In this document: piece after piece, positions 50,567-63,800 of the stretch
How the letters are laid out: the number at the start of each line of letters is the position of its first letter
Numbering within the stretch: position 1 is the stretch's first letter
Origin: Cyanophora paradoxa CCMP329
Taxonomy: Eukaryota; Plantae; Glaucophyta
DNA length: 64,000 nt
Reading direction: 5' to 3'
Assembly: GCA_004431415.1 (NCBI GenBank)
Contig: QPMI01000064.1
Coordinates: 186,001 to 250,000 of the forward strand
Program-made: the position numbers and the translations under genes
Notes under the pieces: generated by a model
What the model was told of the DNA's origin: nothing
The model's database searches: none
What the model saw: only the letters and a program-made list of their open reading frames with translations

Positions 50567-51259
50567 CAGCGCGGCGGTCTCTACAAGGCTAACTAGCTTT
50601 GTCAGTCTCCAAGAGTCTCCAAGAGTCTCGAGCTCTTTCTCCGAGGCTCAGCGGCTCGGCGGCTGCGAGAGTTGCGCCGCGTATCTTTCAGGACCGGTAC
50701 CACCACGTGCACGAGCTCCGAATCCGGCGGTCTCTACAAGGCTATAGCTAACTAGACTCTCGCTCACTGTCTCTCAGTCTCCAAGTCTCTCTTTGCGTTG
50801 GCAGCTAGATCTTTCCGCGGCTGCGCTGAAGGTGCCTGCGCATACTACGCCGCATAGGTACCGGTAGTGCCAGGCTCACACAGCCTCACAGCACAGTGAC
50901 TGCAAGTTTGCAAGCCTGGCACAGTGGCACTGCGGCAAGTTCAACGGTTGCAAGTGTCAGCACTGACTCAGCTGCGTCCGACGTCGACGGACACCGGGTC
51001 TCACGCCGTGACAGTCCGACGGTGCATCACCATGCATATGCGCATGCATATGGCCCAGCAGCATGCATCATGATGCATGGCCCAGTGGGGCCTGGGCGAC
51101 TGAGGCTGCATGGCCCAGCAGCATGCGGCATGCCATGATGGCTGCTGCCAGGCTGCATCATCCTGCATGCACGCGCATGGGTCCCGGGTCCCCGCCGACT
51201 CCTCGGCCGCGCGGACCGGGAGTCCGCGCCGCGGCGGGCGCCGGCGGCCGAGCCGGCAG

Positions 51260-52076
51260 GAAATATTTAAGAGGTTGGATATTAATAGTACTAAAGTTCT
51301 AAGGCCTGAGTACTAAAGTTTTTGACACTATTAAACCGGAGGCCCGGAAGGTACGTAGCGCAGTAGCGTCGGCGCGGCTGTAGTGATTTGCTCGAAGGGA
51401 GCGCAGAATTTGAAGCGCGCGGCGTCGCCGGCGTCGAGCACCCCGGGCCCCCCTTGCACGCGCCGCCTTCATGTGCACCCGGGCCCCGCGGCCGGAACCC
51501 CCTGCTATAGCTAAAGGCTTCCGCGACCAACTCTTAATTATTTTAGGTCCACTTAATTATAATATAACCGGCCAAACCCGGGAATTACTAAACATTTTGA
51601 GGTCTTAAATATTTCCTGCTTTACAGTACATGGCAAATTGCACTGGCAATCAGTGGCAAAAGACCCCGGCCCGGCAGGCCCCGGCTGGGCCCGCCGGGCC
51701 GGCGCCCGGCCGCGGGCCGCCCGCCGCCGGCGGCCGGCCGACTCCGGTCCGGCCGCAGTCCGGCGCCCGGCGGCGCCGTCGCGAAGACTCGCGAATCGCG
51801 ATCGGACAGTCCGGAGTCCGGACTACGGTGTAACAGTGTAACACTACTAACACAATCCTGGAGAACTAGTTAATTTAGTACAGGAAAATAATTAGTACTT
51901 CGCCAAAACTGCCACTTTAGCAGATGGTAAAATTTTAGTAGGTCAGTCTTCGCAGGGCTTTTGTATGGCGGAGGCGGGGCTACCCCTACAAATTCTCGGC
52001 TTTAGCAGGCGAGAAATATTTAGTAGATTGCCCAAACACTTTTAGTACTATATATATGCAGCCCACTAAATATTTC
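51260..52076. mobile_element. Old non-autonomous TIR element (~820 bp)
   Basis: Imperfect ~37-bp TIRs: GAAATATTTAAGAGGTTGGATATTAATAGTACTAAAG against the reverse complement of the right end, GAAATATTTAGTGGGCTGCATATATATAGTACTAAAAG. ACTAAA motifs on the left, TTTAGT on the right. No TSD found. Confidence 0.55.
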
Positions 52077-52589
52077 TAGCTCTCCAGTATTAGTGCGCAC
52101 GATATTAATATTAGAACTCCGATCGAACTCTGATCAATTGGACAATTGCAAACGCTGATCGAATTCGCCGCCGAACGGCCTCGACGTACTCTGAATCGTC
52201 TCTGATGAGTCTGATCATGATTCATGAGTAGCCTACTGTAGTCTGCAGCTGTAGCTCTTTCCCCCGACCAATCTTCCCCGAATGCTCTGAGCCCGGCGGC
52301 TCCACCAGGCTTGCTCTCGGACGAGCGAGCCCCCGACCCGACCCGCCGTGCCGACGACACGGCGGGCCGTACTCTAGCGTGTACAGAGTGGTTTAGATTA
52401 TAGTGCGCCTTCTCGGAGGCCCTAGCTTACTAGGCATAGCGCTAGCTACAGCTGCAGCTCACTTCGCTGCCCACCTCTGATTGCTATTCTCGTCCCTGGG
52501 TAGTCACTCCCTTTCCCGCGTAGGATCTTTCCTGTGCTGCAGCTCTAGACTTAGTCCCCGGGGTAGCGTCTCCAGTTATTTCCATATCC

Positions 52590-52706
52590 GAGCTCCACCC
52601 GGTCCGATGTCCGAAAGGCTTAGTCCCGTAGGTTCATCTCTCGACTTGACACAGATGGACACCTCAGTTATACCTCTAGCCATTTGTCTCGGTGTGTGCG
52701 AATTCA
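52590..52706 (+). repeat. Dispersed direct repeat, copy 2
   Basis: Matches 45051-45173. Confidence 0.9.
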
Positions 52707-54107
52707 TTGATAAATCTGCAGCTGTAGCTATGGACGTCGATTCACCAATGAACTTTCGATCACTGATGAATTCGGCAATTTTAGGGACCACCCCACTCAG
52801 GCGAACCTCCCATATTGAGCGACCCATGGCCGGCACCTTGCTAGCATCTTCGGCTAGATAGATGACCGGTCGGAAGGGCGCGTCACGTAGAACATTGATA
52901 CATGTGCCGTGGTGTATCAATGCGACGTCCACTTTTGCAAAAAAAAGGCAATATTAGGGACCAATTGCAAAACAAATTAAGGGCCCAGGCCTCCGAGGTA
53001 CAACAAAAAACCACAAAAGACCCACGAAATCAATCATTGCGACCGGTACCAGAGTACTGAGTACGCTCCTGAGACCTAGTTTCTGGGTCGATCGATCGCG
53101 AACACGCTCCTCGGAGTTCTGGGACCACCCTCCTGGCCATGGGACCTGGATTTGGGGTCGCGATCGGTACCGGTACCGGTGTATATTTTAGTATATACGT
53201 ACGCGTTGGACCGGTACACCAAATTTTGAATTTGAGGCTAGGGTCCAAGGATCCGCTGGGCGGCCTGGCCCCCGCCGATTCGGCGCCGACTAGTACTGGC
53301 CCCTACTACTGGGCCGGGACCGGCCGGCGCCGGACCGGAATTCAATCATTCGAACCCAATGACTCAGTGATCGAAGCCGGGCCGGCGCCGGCCCGGCGGG
53401 CATGCCGCATGCGCTCTGGAGTCTGGGCGCCTCGCCGGCCTCGGCCCTCCAGTGCCTCCACAAGGCTCCAGCCGGGTGACCCTCGGGACTGGCAAAGGCT
53501 GGCATGCGCAGCCACTGCCAGCCAGTGGCCATCATGATTCATGATCATGGCATGGGCCGGTGGCGTGGTACTAGTATACGTATACCGGCCCGGCGGCCGC
53601 CGTGATCAACTTGGCCAATTGGCAAGTTGGATGATGCCACATTGCCACTGTTGCCACACACGGTGTGACAGTGTGACACACCGTAGCAGTGGTGGCACGC
53701 AGCCAGTGCCGCGAGTCCCGCACTGTCACTGTCTGTCAGTCTGTCAGTGACTGTCACAGACTAAGAGCCTCGGAGTCTAAGACTCACAGTGTGACCTACG
53801 ACACTGCCAGGCTGACCGTACGGACAGTCATTCAAAACTGCATATATGATTTTGCCATCATTACATCAATTTACATGATCGATCATGTTGGATGAACTTG
53901 GATCGCCGGCGATTCGCCGCTACATTAAAATATTGCCAAGTTGAAATGTGCTGCTTATAATTACCCAGTATTAGGGCCAGTATTATCACTGAGTCATACT
54001 GGCCAGTCACTGCTTGTCAGTGTATTATCATATTGTTGTCACTGCTTGTCAGTGTTGCGCATGCCACGCGTACCGTAGTACGTGCACCGTGGCACAGACT
54101 CACAGTA

Positions 54108-54368
54108 CCGTAGAACACATAAATACCGCGCCCACTTAATTACCGCGGTACCAAATTACCGCGCCGAGAATTTGTAAAAACGCGGTAATTTGGTACCGCG
54201 GTAAAAACCTGCTGCTAAGTTGCTCCATATACAGTACCCCCTATTACCGCCCTATACAAGCCAAAAGTTTTTTAAAACGCGGTAATTTGGTACCGCGGTA
54301 TTTTGTTCTATGGCAGGCCGGGTTTTAAAACGCGGTAATTTATGCCGCGGTAATTTAGTGCCCGACGG
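54108..54368. mobile_element. Tc1/mariner/pogo-type MITE, 261 bp
   Basis: TA|CCGT...ACGG|TA termini with TA TSD, imperfect ~23-bp TIRs, many internal ATTACCGCG/CGCGGTAAT motifs in both orientations. Confidence 0.75.
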
Positions 54369-54830
54369 TAGTGAGTACTAGTGACACAGTGACAGACAGT
54401 GACAGTACCACGTATACGTATACATTACTACTATACCAGTAGTACGTACTGGTATACTACTGTAGTAACTGTACTCAGTAGTAGTGACTAGACTACTACT
54501 AGTAGTATACTATGATAGTACTATAGCTACTAGTAGTCTACTATAGCTACTAGTGGTGTCGGTTGGACTCCGGGACTCGGTTCCGTCGGTTGCGCGTAGT
54601 ACTAGTTCAATCCAGCCAGTTCTCCGCGGCAAGGGCCGCAAGGCCACGCCGCCCGCGCGCGCCCACGCCGCGCGCCGCCCCGCGAAATCGCCATCCCGTC
54701 AAGGCGTTCGAAGGACCGTCCGGAATCACTCCGGATCCGTAGCACGAGCCTCCCGGAGTCCGACGCGCCCTTCGCCGAGTCGTTCGGCCAATGGCAAGCT
54801 TAAGACACTGATCCGAGGGTCGACGTCGGC

Positions 54831-55988
54831 ATGGTGGTCCGCTCAACTTCGAATTCGGAGGGCACGGACGCGTCGACAAGCAGCAAGGGCGGCGAGCGTC
54901 CGCACCTTAGGACTGAACAGGTTGGCTGGCTCGACCCGCGCCTGGAGCTGTTTTCTGGCCCGCTCGGTGCGCGAAAGCTTGAGTGCACATATGCATGTAC
55001 AGCTGCAGGTGTACATGTGTACGTACGTGCTGGCCCGCTTGATCATGACCGCGCGCGGCCGCTGCTTCAGGCGACGGGATGTACGCGAAGGCACCGATAA
55101 AGAAGGGCGAGGAGCTCCTGTTCTGGTCCGACCGCCCCTTTTCGCTCGTAAAGTTCCCCCGCCCACCGTCCCGTAATCTTCTCGCAGGTCCGGCAAGATC
55201 GTGCGCGGGGAGGAGATGAAGAATCGGGATCTTACGTGGACGCTTCAGATTGAGGACGGTGCGGCCGAGCTCTGTTAAACGTTACGCATGCATTAATATT
55301 CCCGTGAGCACGGCCGCAATCTGATCCGCCCGCAGACTTCTTCCAGGTGCCCATCGTGGAGGGCGAGCCTGACAAGCCGGATCTCGTCAACCACTCGTGC
55401 TCGCCGAATGCCGGTGCGCTCTAGATCTCAGATCGCCGTTCGGTTCCGAAGTTCGGATCGAATATTAATCCTGACCATTGCTCTGTCCGCAGGCTTTGGC
55501 GCAAACGGCGCTCTGCTCGTAGCGATGCGCGACATCGAAGCCGGCGAGGAGATAACTTTCGGTGCTATATATTCTGTATTACCTCTGTACATCTATTCAA
55601 ATCAGCCGCAAAACGTAACGCTTCAACGGTTCCGCAGACTACTGCATGGCTTACACCTCTCACATCGGCTTCAATCCCCTCAAGTGCCTCTGCGTGCGGC
55701 CCCCCCCCCACCTCTCTCCCGGCCCGTGCCCGCCGGGCGCCGGCTCCTCTAATTATAAATGCGCGCAGGGCTCCCCCAACTGCCGGAAGTTGATCACAGC
55801 CGAGTGCGTCGTACCCCCCGCGCTCGCTCGCTCTGTGTACATCGATATCGGCTCACGGATCGGACGGATATCGATGCAGCGACTGGAGGAACCCCGAGCT
55901 TCAGGCCGCGTACGGAGAGTACTTCAGCCCCTACGTCCGCCGCAAGATTTCGAGATTGCAGCAACCAGATACAGCAATCGGCGCATAG
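54831..55988 (+). CDS. Small SET/post-SET lysine methyltransferase, bacterial-type, 8 exons
   Basis: Spliced: GDGMYAKAPIKKGEELLFW..TLQIEDDFFQ..DLVNHSCSPNAG..LVAMRDIEAGEEITFDYCM..KCLCGSPNCRKLITADDWRNPELQAAYGEYFSPYVRRKI. All seven introns are GT-AG and phase-compatible; stop TAG at 55986-55988. Confidence 0.92.
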
Positions 55989-56043
55989 CTAGTGCCAGAT
56001 TAACGGAAATATTTAACATATGCCATACAGATCCTAGAGAATA

Positions 56044-56283
56044 CTGTAGGACGGCTTAAATTGCCGTGGAGTAGAATTGCCGAATTCGACCAAAACCGGA
56101 ATTGCCTTGGCGATAAATTGCCGAATCCAGACGTTCGAATTCGCTCTTTAGCGGCCTAAGAAAATCCCTACCGGCCCCTGGGCCCCAGCAACATTGCCGA
56201 TGCTTAAAATTGCCGATTTTGGCCTCCGAGGCTCTCGGCAATTTACGGCAATTTAAAACTACGGCTAAAAAGCCATCCTACAG
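56044..56283. mobile_element. Tc1/mariner-type MITE, 240 bp
   Basis: TA|CTGTAGGACGGCTT ... AAGCCATCCTACAG|TA (14-bp TIR, 1 mismatch, TA TSD); internal ATTGCCG/CGGCAAT repeats. Confidence 0.8.
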
Positions 56284-57820
56284 TATCTAGGGCGCGAAAC
56301 AGGGCGATTGGTGGGAGACTGAAGGCGTTGGAAGGATGGGTTAGTAGAGGGAATGCGAGGGAATATTTTGGATCTGCGCGAAGTTCGCCAGAACAGAATG
56401 TCGCTGCTGGGCGGCGCTGCAGCCCGGCCCCCTCTTCAGCTCCTCGCCAGCGACAAGGCAGCAAAGGCCGCCCAGCCCCCCCCCCCCCCCCCCCCCCCCC
56501 CCCAACATTCCTCTTCTGGGGGCCCACGTCTCGATCTCGAACCTGGGGGCCTAAGACAGCTCGCCCGGCGCTCTGTCCTGGATCCGCTTGCAATTGGATA
56601 TCGTAGCAACAACGACATTTAATGAACAGCTACAGGTCCTCTAGATTTGCACGTGCATGCATCATGGCACACCCTTCGAATTCCCTCTAGATCTAGATCG
56701 GACTCCGGGACACTGCATGCTCTGCCGCGCAGCTGCAGTGCACAGGTTTCAGAATGGCTAAATATGAACGAATTTGAACCGAGAGCTCGAGCCCACCAGG
56801 GAGTGTACAGGACACTGGTCTGCTAGTGCCCGCCACTCGCACGGATCTCAGGATAATTTGTGAAGATTGTTTCTGCGAAAGCATGCTCCCAAGAGGCGAG
56901 CCGGCGCCCGTCATGAAATACAGAACGGCCACCGGCCGCGGGCCCGCGCCGGCGTCCTCTGACTATATATATCTAGGCGCCGCCGCCCCACTGGCCATGG
57001 GCGACGCGGTGGATGATCTCCGCCGCGTGCCCTGCCAGTGATGACACGCTCTGCCCCACCGCCGCCTGCGGGGTACACCGCGATTAGATGGGGGAGGAGG
57101 GGGGGTGGAGCGAGGGAGGGGAGGGGGGTACCAGCATGAAGAAGGAGGCCTCCTCCTCGCTCAGCTCCGGCCGCAGCCGCTCCAGGAGCTGAAGGGGGGG
57201 GGGAGGGGGGGTGGGGGGGGATGGGGGGGGGAGGGAGGGGAGGAGAGCAAGCTGCTGAGCCGCGGGTTGACAAGGTGGCCGTCGCCGATCCCCAGCAGGT
57301 AGCTTAACAAGCCGTAGCCCACTGCCGCTGGTGTCGGGCCGGGCGGGGCGGGGCGAGGCGGGGCCGGGAAGACTAGGGGCGACTGCAGGGGCCCAGAGGA
57401 GCACCGAGGCCACGCGCCCGGGCTTGAAAGTTCATCCCGTTATGAACCCTGCGGCGTCTGGCGGGGCGGGGCCGAGCCAAGGCGAGGGCTGGAAGCAGGG
57501 CACGAAAAACACCACCGTGGCACATCGCTTGGATAGGTCATGCCATGTCAATTAACGTTGTTCTTGCAATTTCGCTCGACAGGTGTCTCGCATTGATTCA
57601 ATACATATACAACGTATACATCTGCTCTAGACATGTATACAAAGGCAAGTCCCCAACTCGGCGAACAGATATCGATGTCTTCCTAGTATACGTATAACAG
57701 ATCTAGAATAAACACTGTTGATAACAAATACTTATACAGTAACTCGCTATGTATAGATTAATCAAATAGAAGATCTAGAATGAACTCTAAAACTCGATCT
57801 TAATGATGGACACGAACAGG

Positions 57821-60800
57821 TCACAAGCTGATAGACTTTATGTGCGGAGATGGTGCAGGCTCGCCGCCATGGCTGGCAGAAGCCGTGGACGGATCTGGAG
57901 TCGCTCGCAATCTTGCGGCTTCAGCAGGAGCCAGGACCGAGTTCGGTCGCTCGTCCCGCCCCTCCAGAGTCCCCGTGCGCGAAAAACTTTCCAGAGACTG
58001 CGGATGCTGCAACAGATCGATACCCGATGTGCGCTCCTTGCTCCGCGACAGCGGGCCGATGAATGTGAATGAAGCTCGACGTGTGACGTTAACGTTGGCT
58101 TTTTCGGACTCGGGATCGGCCGTGATATTGACCTCCTCGCCTCGATATTGTCCAAGCGCTGGAGCGTCGTTGTCGAGCTCGGCATCGTGCCGCCTCTGTG
58201 TGTTTGCATCGACATATATCGATGTAAGCTCAAGATAATTATAACCTGAACGGCCACGGGCCGGCATGAAGAAGAGCCCAAGAACGCACCCTCATAATGA
58301 GGCCTCGAACGGCAAGGTACAGAGCCAGAATCTGACCCACAGCCTCGATGGCGCCGCTCCCAAGCGCAAAGACATCCGCGATCTGTTTGCAATTGGTGAT
58401 CGCAAGTCAGTCGAGCATTTTAAGCTTCTGACGTATCCTGGAGGCATTCAGAAGCCACGCACTGCGTCCAAAACGGTGGTGCGTGTGATACGATCAACAA
58501 GCAGGTAGACCTGTCATTGCGTCAGGCGTATAGCTTGAACTTTGAAGCACCGTGTCATCTATATTATTGCACCTGACTGGGCTTGAAAAGCGCACGGAAT
58601 TGAACAACCGCCTCAGCGCACTCTGCGACCGGCCTGCCCGGTGGGCAAACCACCTGCGCAGACGTCATGAAACGATGTAATGGTACTGAATGGCAAACAG
58701 ATTTGCTCACAAAGGTGGACGGGTTTCGCTCAGCCCGCTCTGTGTCAGACGCCGACATCGCGGCGAAGTATCGAGGACTTCCGTCTAGCGATGATGTAAA
58801 ATGCATTGCTGCGCGCGTCGAATTCGAAACGTCATTAGATTCGACAGAGTCAAGTCGGCTCGACCGGCGCACGGGTCAAGTCAACGGGGAGTTCGATGGG
58901 GTCTTTGCCACGGAAGACCGAGCTTTCTGAGCCGGTTGTAATTGCGCCTTCAACTACCACTTGCGTTGGCACCTGCGAAGATAAAATGAGCAAATTAAAT
59001 CAGAGTTATCGATTCTGGAACCCGCCTGAATTTCGTACGCGATGGCGACAGCAAATGCTCGGGACGACCGCAGGCGCATCCCGACGAAGGTGCCGTCTTT
59101 GGCAGAGACCTTGCACTGGGCGCACACCCACGACACGCTGCGCGTATTGCAATTGCAAGTAAAAATTCGATATTTCATCGTTCTATTTATATTTACACAA
59201 TTATCGCAAAAGGCACCTGCATGAGCGTCCACCGTCGACTTGCACATATGTAACGGAGTCCGTGCCCGAGATGCCCGCTCGGTCGGATGAAACGTCGCTC
59301 CCGCTGCAAGGACCTGAAACACCACCAAACGTGAAATTCAATATTAATACATTGCGAACATTTCGCCTCGCACCGTCGTAGCCACGGAAGATTGCTGTTA
59401 CTGCGAAGCGCCCGTCGATCGAACTTTCTGAAGGACTTGTGCCGGGATTCTAAGCAGAAATCGCGGTTAGAGGTTTTGAATTGCGTGCTCGAGAAATACG
59501 TTCGAAAATTGAAGACAAGCTCGACCTCACCAGAGACTGAACAACCTGCACAGACAGAACAACGTTATTATGAAAAGCCGAAATGCGATGTTGTATGTAG
59601 CTATAGTTTATATATGCTCACCATGTAGTTCGCCATCCAAAACTGTACCGCCACAAAGCTCACTGCAAGAGGAAAACAAAAGTCAACAAGTATCGCGAGC
59701 AAGTTGAAGGAGATAATGCAAGACTGCATGCACCGGCCACCACAATGCCTGCAACGGCGGCGATTGAAAAGAATGATCCCGCCACAGATCGCGTATCCTG
59801 CTTCGCCTCGCGATCGGGGTGGAGCTCATGGGCGCCCTCCGCACTCAAATGCATTGGCTTTTCGTCCTTTGCGTTTGCAAGCTCCGGCCTGTGTTGTGCC
59901 GACTCTGTTCCTATATGTGTGAAACACCGCAATCGGGATGAGCGCATATTTCATGATCATCGTACCCCTGAAGAAGAAGTGGAGGCGCCTGAGTTGCTTC
60001 AGGTGCGCTCTCCGCGCCTCCAACGACCCCGAAAAGACCGTGATGTACAGGAAAAACCCGAAAGCCGTCAGAATAAGAAAGATGGCCACCGCAACGCCAA
60101 TCCACATGAATGCCTGCCGTTCGGCCCGTCCCCGATTCAGAAAGCTATTAGAAACGAGTGCAGAGAAAGCCACAGCAATGCACTTTGAAGACATTGTCCA
60201 AAAGACCCCTCTCTGTTTTCACGACAGCCTGCGTTATTCGTACGGTGTTGCGGCCGTAGCGGAATTCCTCTGTCTGCGTCTCAGATCCTGAATCTGACAT
60301 GGAGTTTCCGGTCTGTAACAGTCCGCGAATGCGACCCAGAAGTCTCCTTGCAGTGCTTTGTCCCTGAATTCCAGTCTGTGTTGATGACCGCTCGAGGCGC
60401 AGACCGATGTCAATCGGCTGAGACGTTGCTGCGCATGTGGCAGGGAGAGGCATCGAAATTCGCTCGGGATCGCGTTTAAAACTTATGCGTATCGACTCGC
60501 ACCGACGGGACAGAGCATTCCAGAAGGACAGGCCAAGCAAATGCGCGCCCCGCTCTCGGGAGAGTAGGTGCCGTGCGGGCTGGGCACGTATGTGATCACA
60601 GAGATATGAGCAGAAAGGTCTTAAAGCGCCTTCGCACCAAGGTGTGCAGGCATTCAGCGTTGCGTTTCGGAACGTGCCAGGCTCACATGCCTTGCAGTCG
60701 AGGCCATCCTCCGAAACGCGGCCCTCGTCGCAGGGCAGACACTGTGAGACCCCCGGTGGCGAGTGCGTATTCAGCGGGCACTGAAGACACTCCGAGCTGC

Positions 60801-63800
60801 CGAAGTGAGCGTATGTGCCGGCGTGACACGCCACCTGCATTCGACGCGGTCAGCTTGGCTATTGATATTTGGCATACATTGAGCGACAAACTATATTTTG
60901 CGTACGCATTTGGCACGCTCGGAGTCAGCAACGGTTCCTGCCTCGCAAGTCTTCAAGGAAGTTAATCGGCGAGCGTAGACTCCTCGCACGATTTGCACAG
61001 ACGTAATTGGTGACGCGGACCTTGCACTGAGCCATGCCCTCGTCCGGGGCGGTCGCGTTGCCGGGGCACGCCTGGCACTTTGTGCCCGCCTCGTCCGGGA
61101 CCCGCCCCATAGCGCACGCTGGTTGAAAGTAGAGAAGTAGAGACATTTCTGTCAGAACTTCCGTCTGAATTGTTTGCGAGGGCGCAAAGACGAACCAATA
61201 CAAGTGACCCTGTTCCCGGGAAAATAAGTCACCGATCAATTGCAGGTTTGCGCACGGCAATTTTCAATCGAGCGCAAAACGTACCGGTCTTCTCTTGGAA
61301 CTCTTCCGGCAGGGCTGCGACCGCAAACGCGAGGGGGGGTGAGAGAGGTTGAAATCTGCCAAAATTAAGCGCGCACCATCGGGAACACTCCGCGCTCCCA
61401 ACCTTATCCGAATACTGTCCCGGAGGGCAAATGGAGCAGACCAACATCGAAGGATCGCGATACGTCCCCTGCGCCCGCGATCATAAGGCGAGCACGCGCA
61501 TTACGGGCGGACGTTCAGAGGTCACCGTGTTGCAGAGGTCGCATGTGGTGAAATCTGCGCGGGAGTAGCGGCCCGCGGGGCAGGGCATGCACGCCAGAGT
61601 CTTTCCCGGCTCATCCACATAAGTGTTTTGCGGGCACTGCGAAATTAGAGTCAACGCGAAGAAATTATGTGAGCATGTCGTTTGTGTACATGCGTATGCA
61701 CGCGCAATGACCCAACGCGCCTGCTCGCAAACGCTGCTCCCGTTTCGCATGAACGTGCCGCGCTCGCAGGGGATGCAAACCGTTCTGCGGAAAACGAGAC
61801 CGAATAAATCACACCGCAGCTGCGGTGACGCAGGTACTGCCATGCATATGCAGACCCATCGGTGGATGCAATCGTGCCAAGAGGGCAGGGTGGGCATTCC
61901 TTGTACGTCTTACGTTGTGATACAAATCCCTGGGCCATCGTGCATCAAATACAATGAAATCACATTCAAACGCAATTGTAATGAATCCGAAACAATGCGC
62001 ATGCTCACGTTTTTGCACGGGAAGCAGCTGTTCTGTATTGGCGAACGAGCACGAGTGAATATACGTTCTGTGAAAGTATGTTCATGAGCGTTCAACGGAC
62101 TTGATTTTCGGGTTGGTAGGTGCCAGCTGCAGACATCGATTCCGGTCAACAATTTCGTACACGTGGCACGGGCAACGGTTGAACATGTTCACGGGTAGCG
62201 GGCATAATTTACGAAAGGGCGGACCAGGACAATCTATGCAGCTTGTTTGATCGTCGTTCGCGATTTGGCCCTTTGGAGATATCAACGCACAAGACAAATA
62301 TTGTTTTTTATCACGTTGTCGAGGCTTTCTATCACCTTGTCGCATTGATCGCACGTCGTGCTTCCTGTCCTCGAGCTGATTTGTCCCTGCGCCGTGCATC
62401 AATTAGCCTGATTGTGCATACCAGTAGTTAGCCATCATGATCAATAAGTCCGATCCAACATCAACAAGGCCATCAACAAGCCTGTCCCTGCGATTGACCG
62501 CGGGCCGGAGTGGTGGAGTAACGCACGTTCGGGCAGGGCCAGCAAATGCCGTCCTTCTCAAAGTACCCGAGGGAGCAAGGCCTGCGTGCATCGCATCGCG
62601 ATCGGCAAAAAAGCGTTCGCTCTCGCGATGAGAGGGAAGCGATACGTCGATGGCCGACCTGCACTCCGTACGGTCGTCTGAACTCTCTGCACCAGCATCG
62701 CTATTTCAAGATCGAGGAAGACAGTTAGTCTCGGACGAGGCAAGGTAGGAAAAGGATTGCTGCACCAAGGTATGCATTCTGCTGCTCCAGACGTTTTTGT
62801 GAAGAACCGGAATGGGCACTACGAGAGTTCTGATTTTAATGCTAGAGAGACAGCGACGGAGCTGATCATGAATGCAGCACTGACGGCAAGGCACGTCTTG
62901 TTTTGCTCCGAACGGTAGCTGCCCTGCGGGCAGGGCTGACAAACATCTTTTGTTAGCAAGCAAGTAGAACCAGATTTACAACAAGGAGAATAAAGTTTTA
63001 CCATGCAATTTTGCCGATCCATGGAGGCGATGAACCCAGGCTGACACATTTCGCAGCTCGGGCTTCCGGAAAATGGAGTCACAGAGTTAATCGGGCACCT
63101 GAAGAACACGAAATCAAGTGTCTGTCAGTGAGAAGTAAAGGATCAGACCGGAGACACCCATCGCTTACTCGATGCAGCTGCCATCACGGACAAAGAATCC
63201 AGGTCTGCACGCCTCGCAAGCCGTGCGCTCGACGTTGGAGACGCGGCCAGCAGGGCACTCATTGCATGTCTTCGCGCCGACGCCGCTGAAGTGCCCGAAG
63301 GGGCACACCATGCACTCACTCATCCCCGCTGCACGGTATCGGCCCGGGAGACATCTGGGGAATTGTTGTCTGTTAGAATACTGTAGAGCGAAAATGGTAG
63401 ACGGCTCAGCGCAGATTTGCGCACGACAGGCAGCTCTGCCTGTCCTCGCTTGCGTAAAAGCCTTCCTCACTGTGGGGCAATAATAAAGCCAAGCAGCAAA
63501 GCTGGTAACGGATAGAAGCGAACCAATCAATGCACGACCCTCCTGCTAGGTATGGATTGTGCGTGTTGCCGGTGCACGCTCTGCAGATTCCATTTTCAGC
63601 GACAGTCCCCTTGCCTGCACACCGCAATGCGGTTCATGTTCAGGTGATATCTGAGTGCAGACCATTAAAGACCGGAACAGACCGCAGGGTGAGCAGAAAG
63701 CTCCATCGGGGCTCGGGACATTCCCGGAAAGACAGATCTCAAAGAAAGCGCTGCCTTCAGGGGCCGCGGCTCCGGTGGGCACTGCAGAGCACGAGGTCAT

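Noticed and set aside
52930-53025. AT-rich segment ending GACCC, like a Mutator TIR, next to a 118-aa ORF (52576-52932)
   Set aside because: No partner TIR or TSD found in the window, and the ORF has no recognisable transposase motif.
54108-54368. Repeated CGCGGTAATTTGGTACCGCGGT motifs, and ATTGCCG repeats at 56044-56283, resembling a CRISPR array or iterons
   Set aside because: Irregular spacing, mixed orientation, bounded by TIRs with TA TSDs, eukaryotic context with no cas genes. They are MITE subterminal repeats.
56400-57450. Exon-like GC-rich fragments (LQLLERLRPELSEEEASFFML)
   Set aside because: I could not assemble a coherent gene or assign a family.
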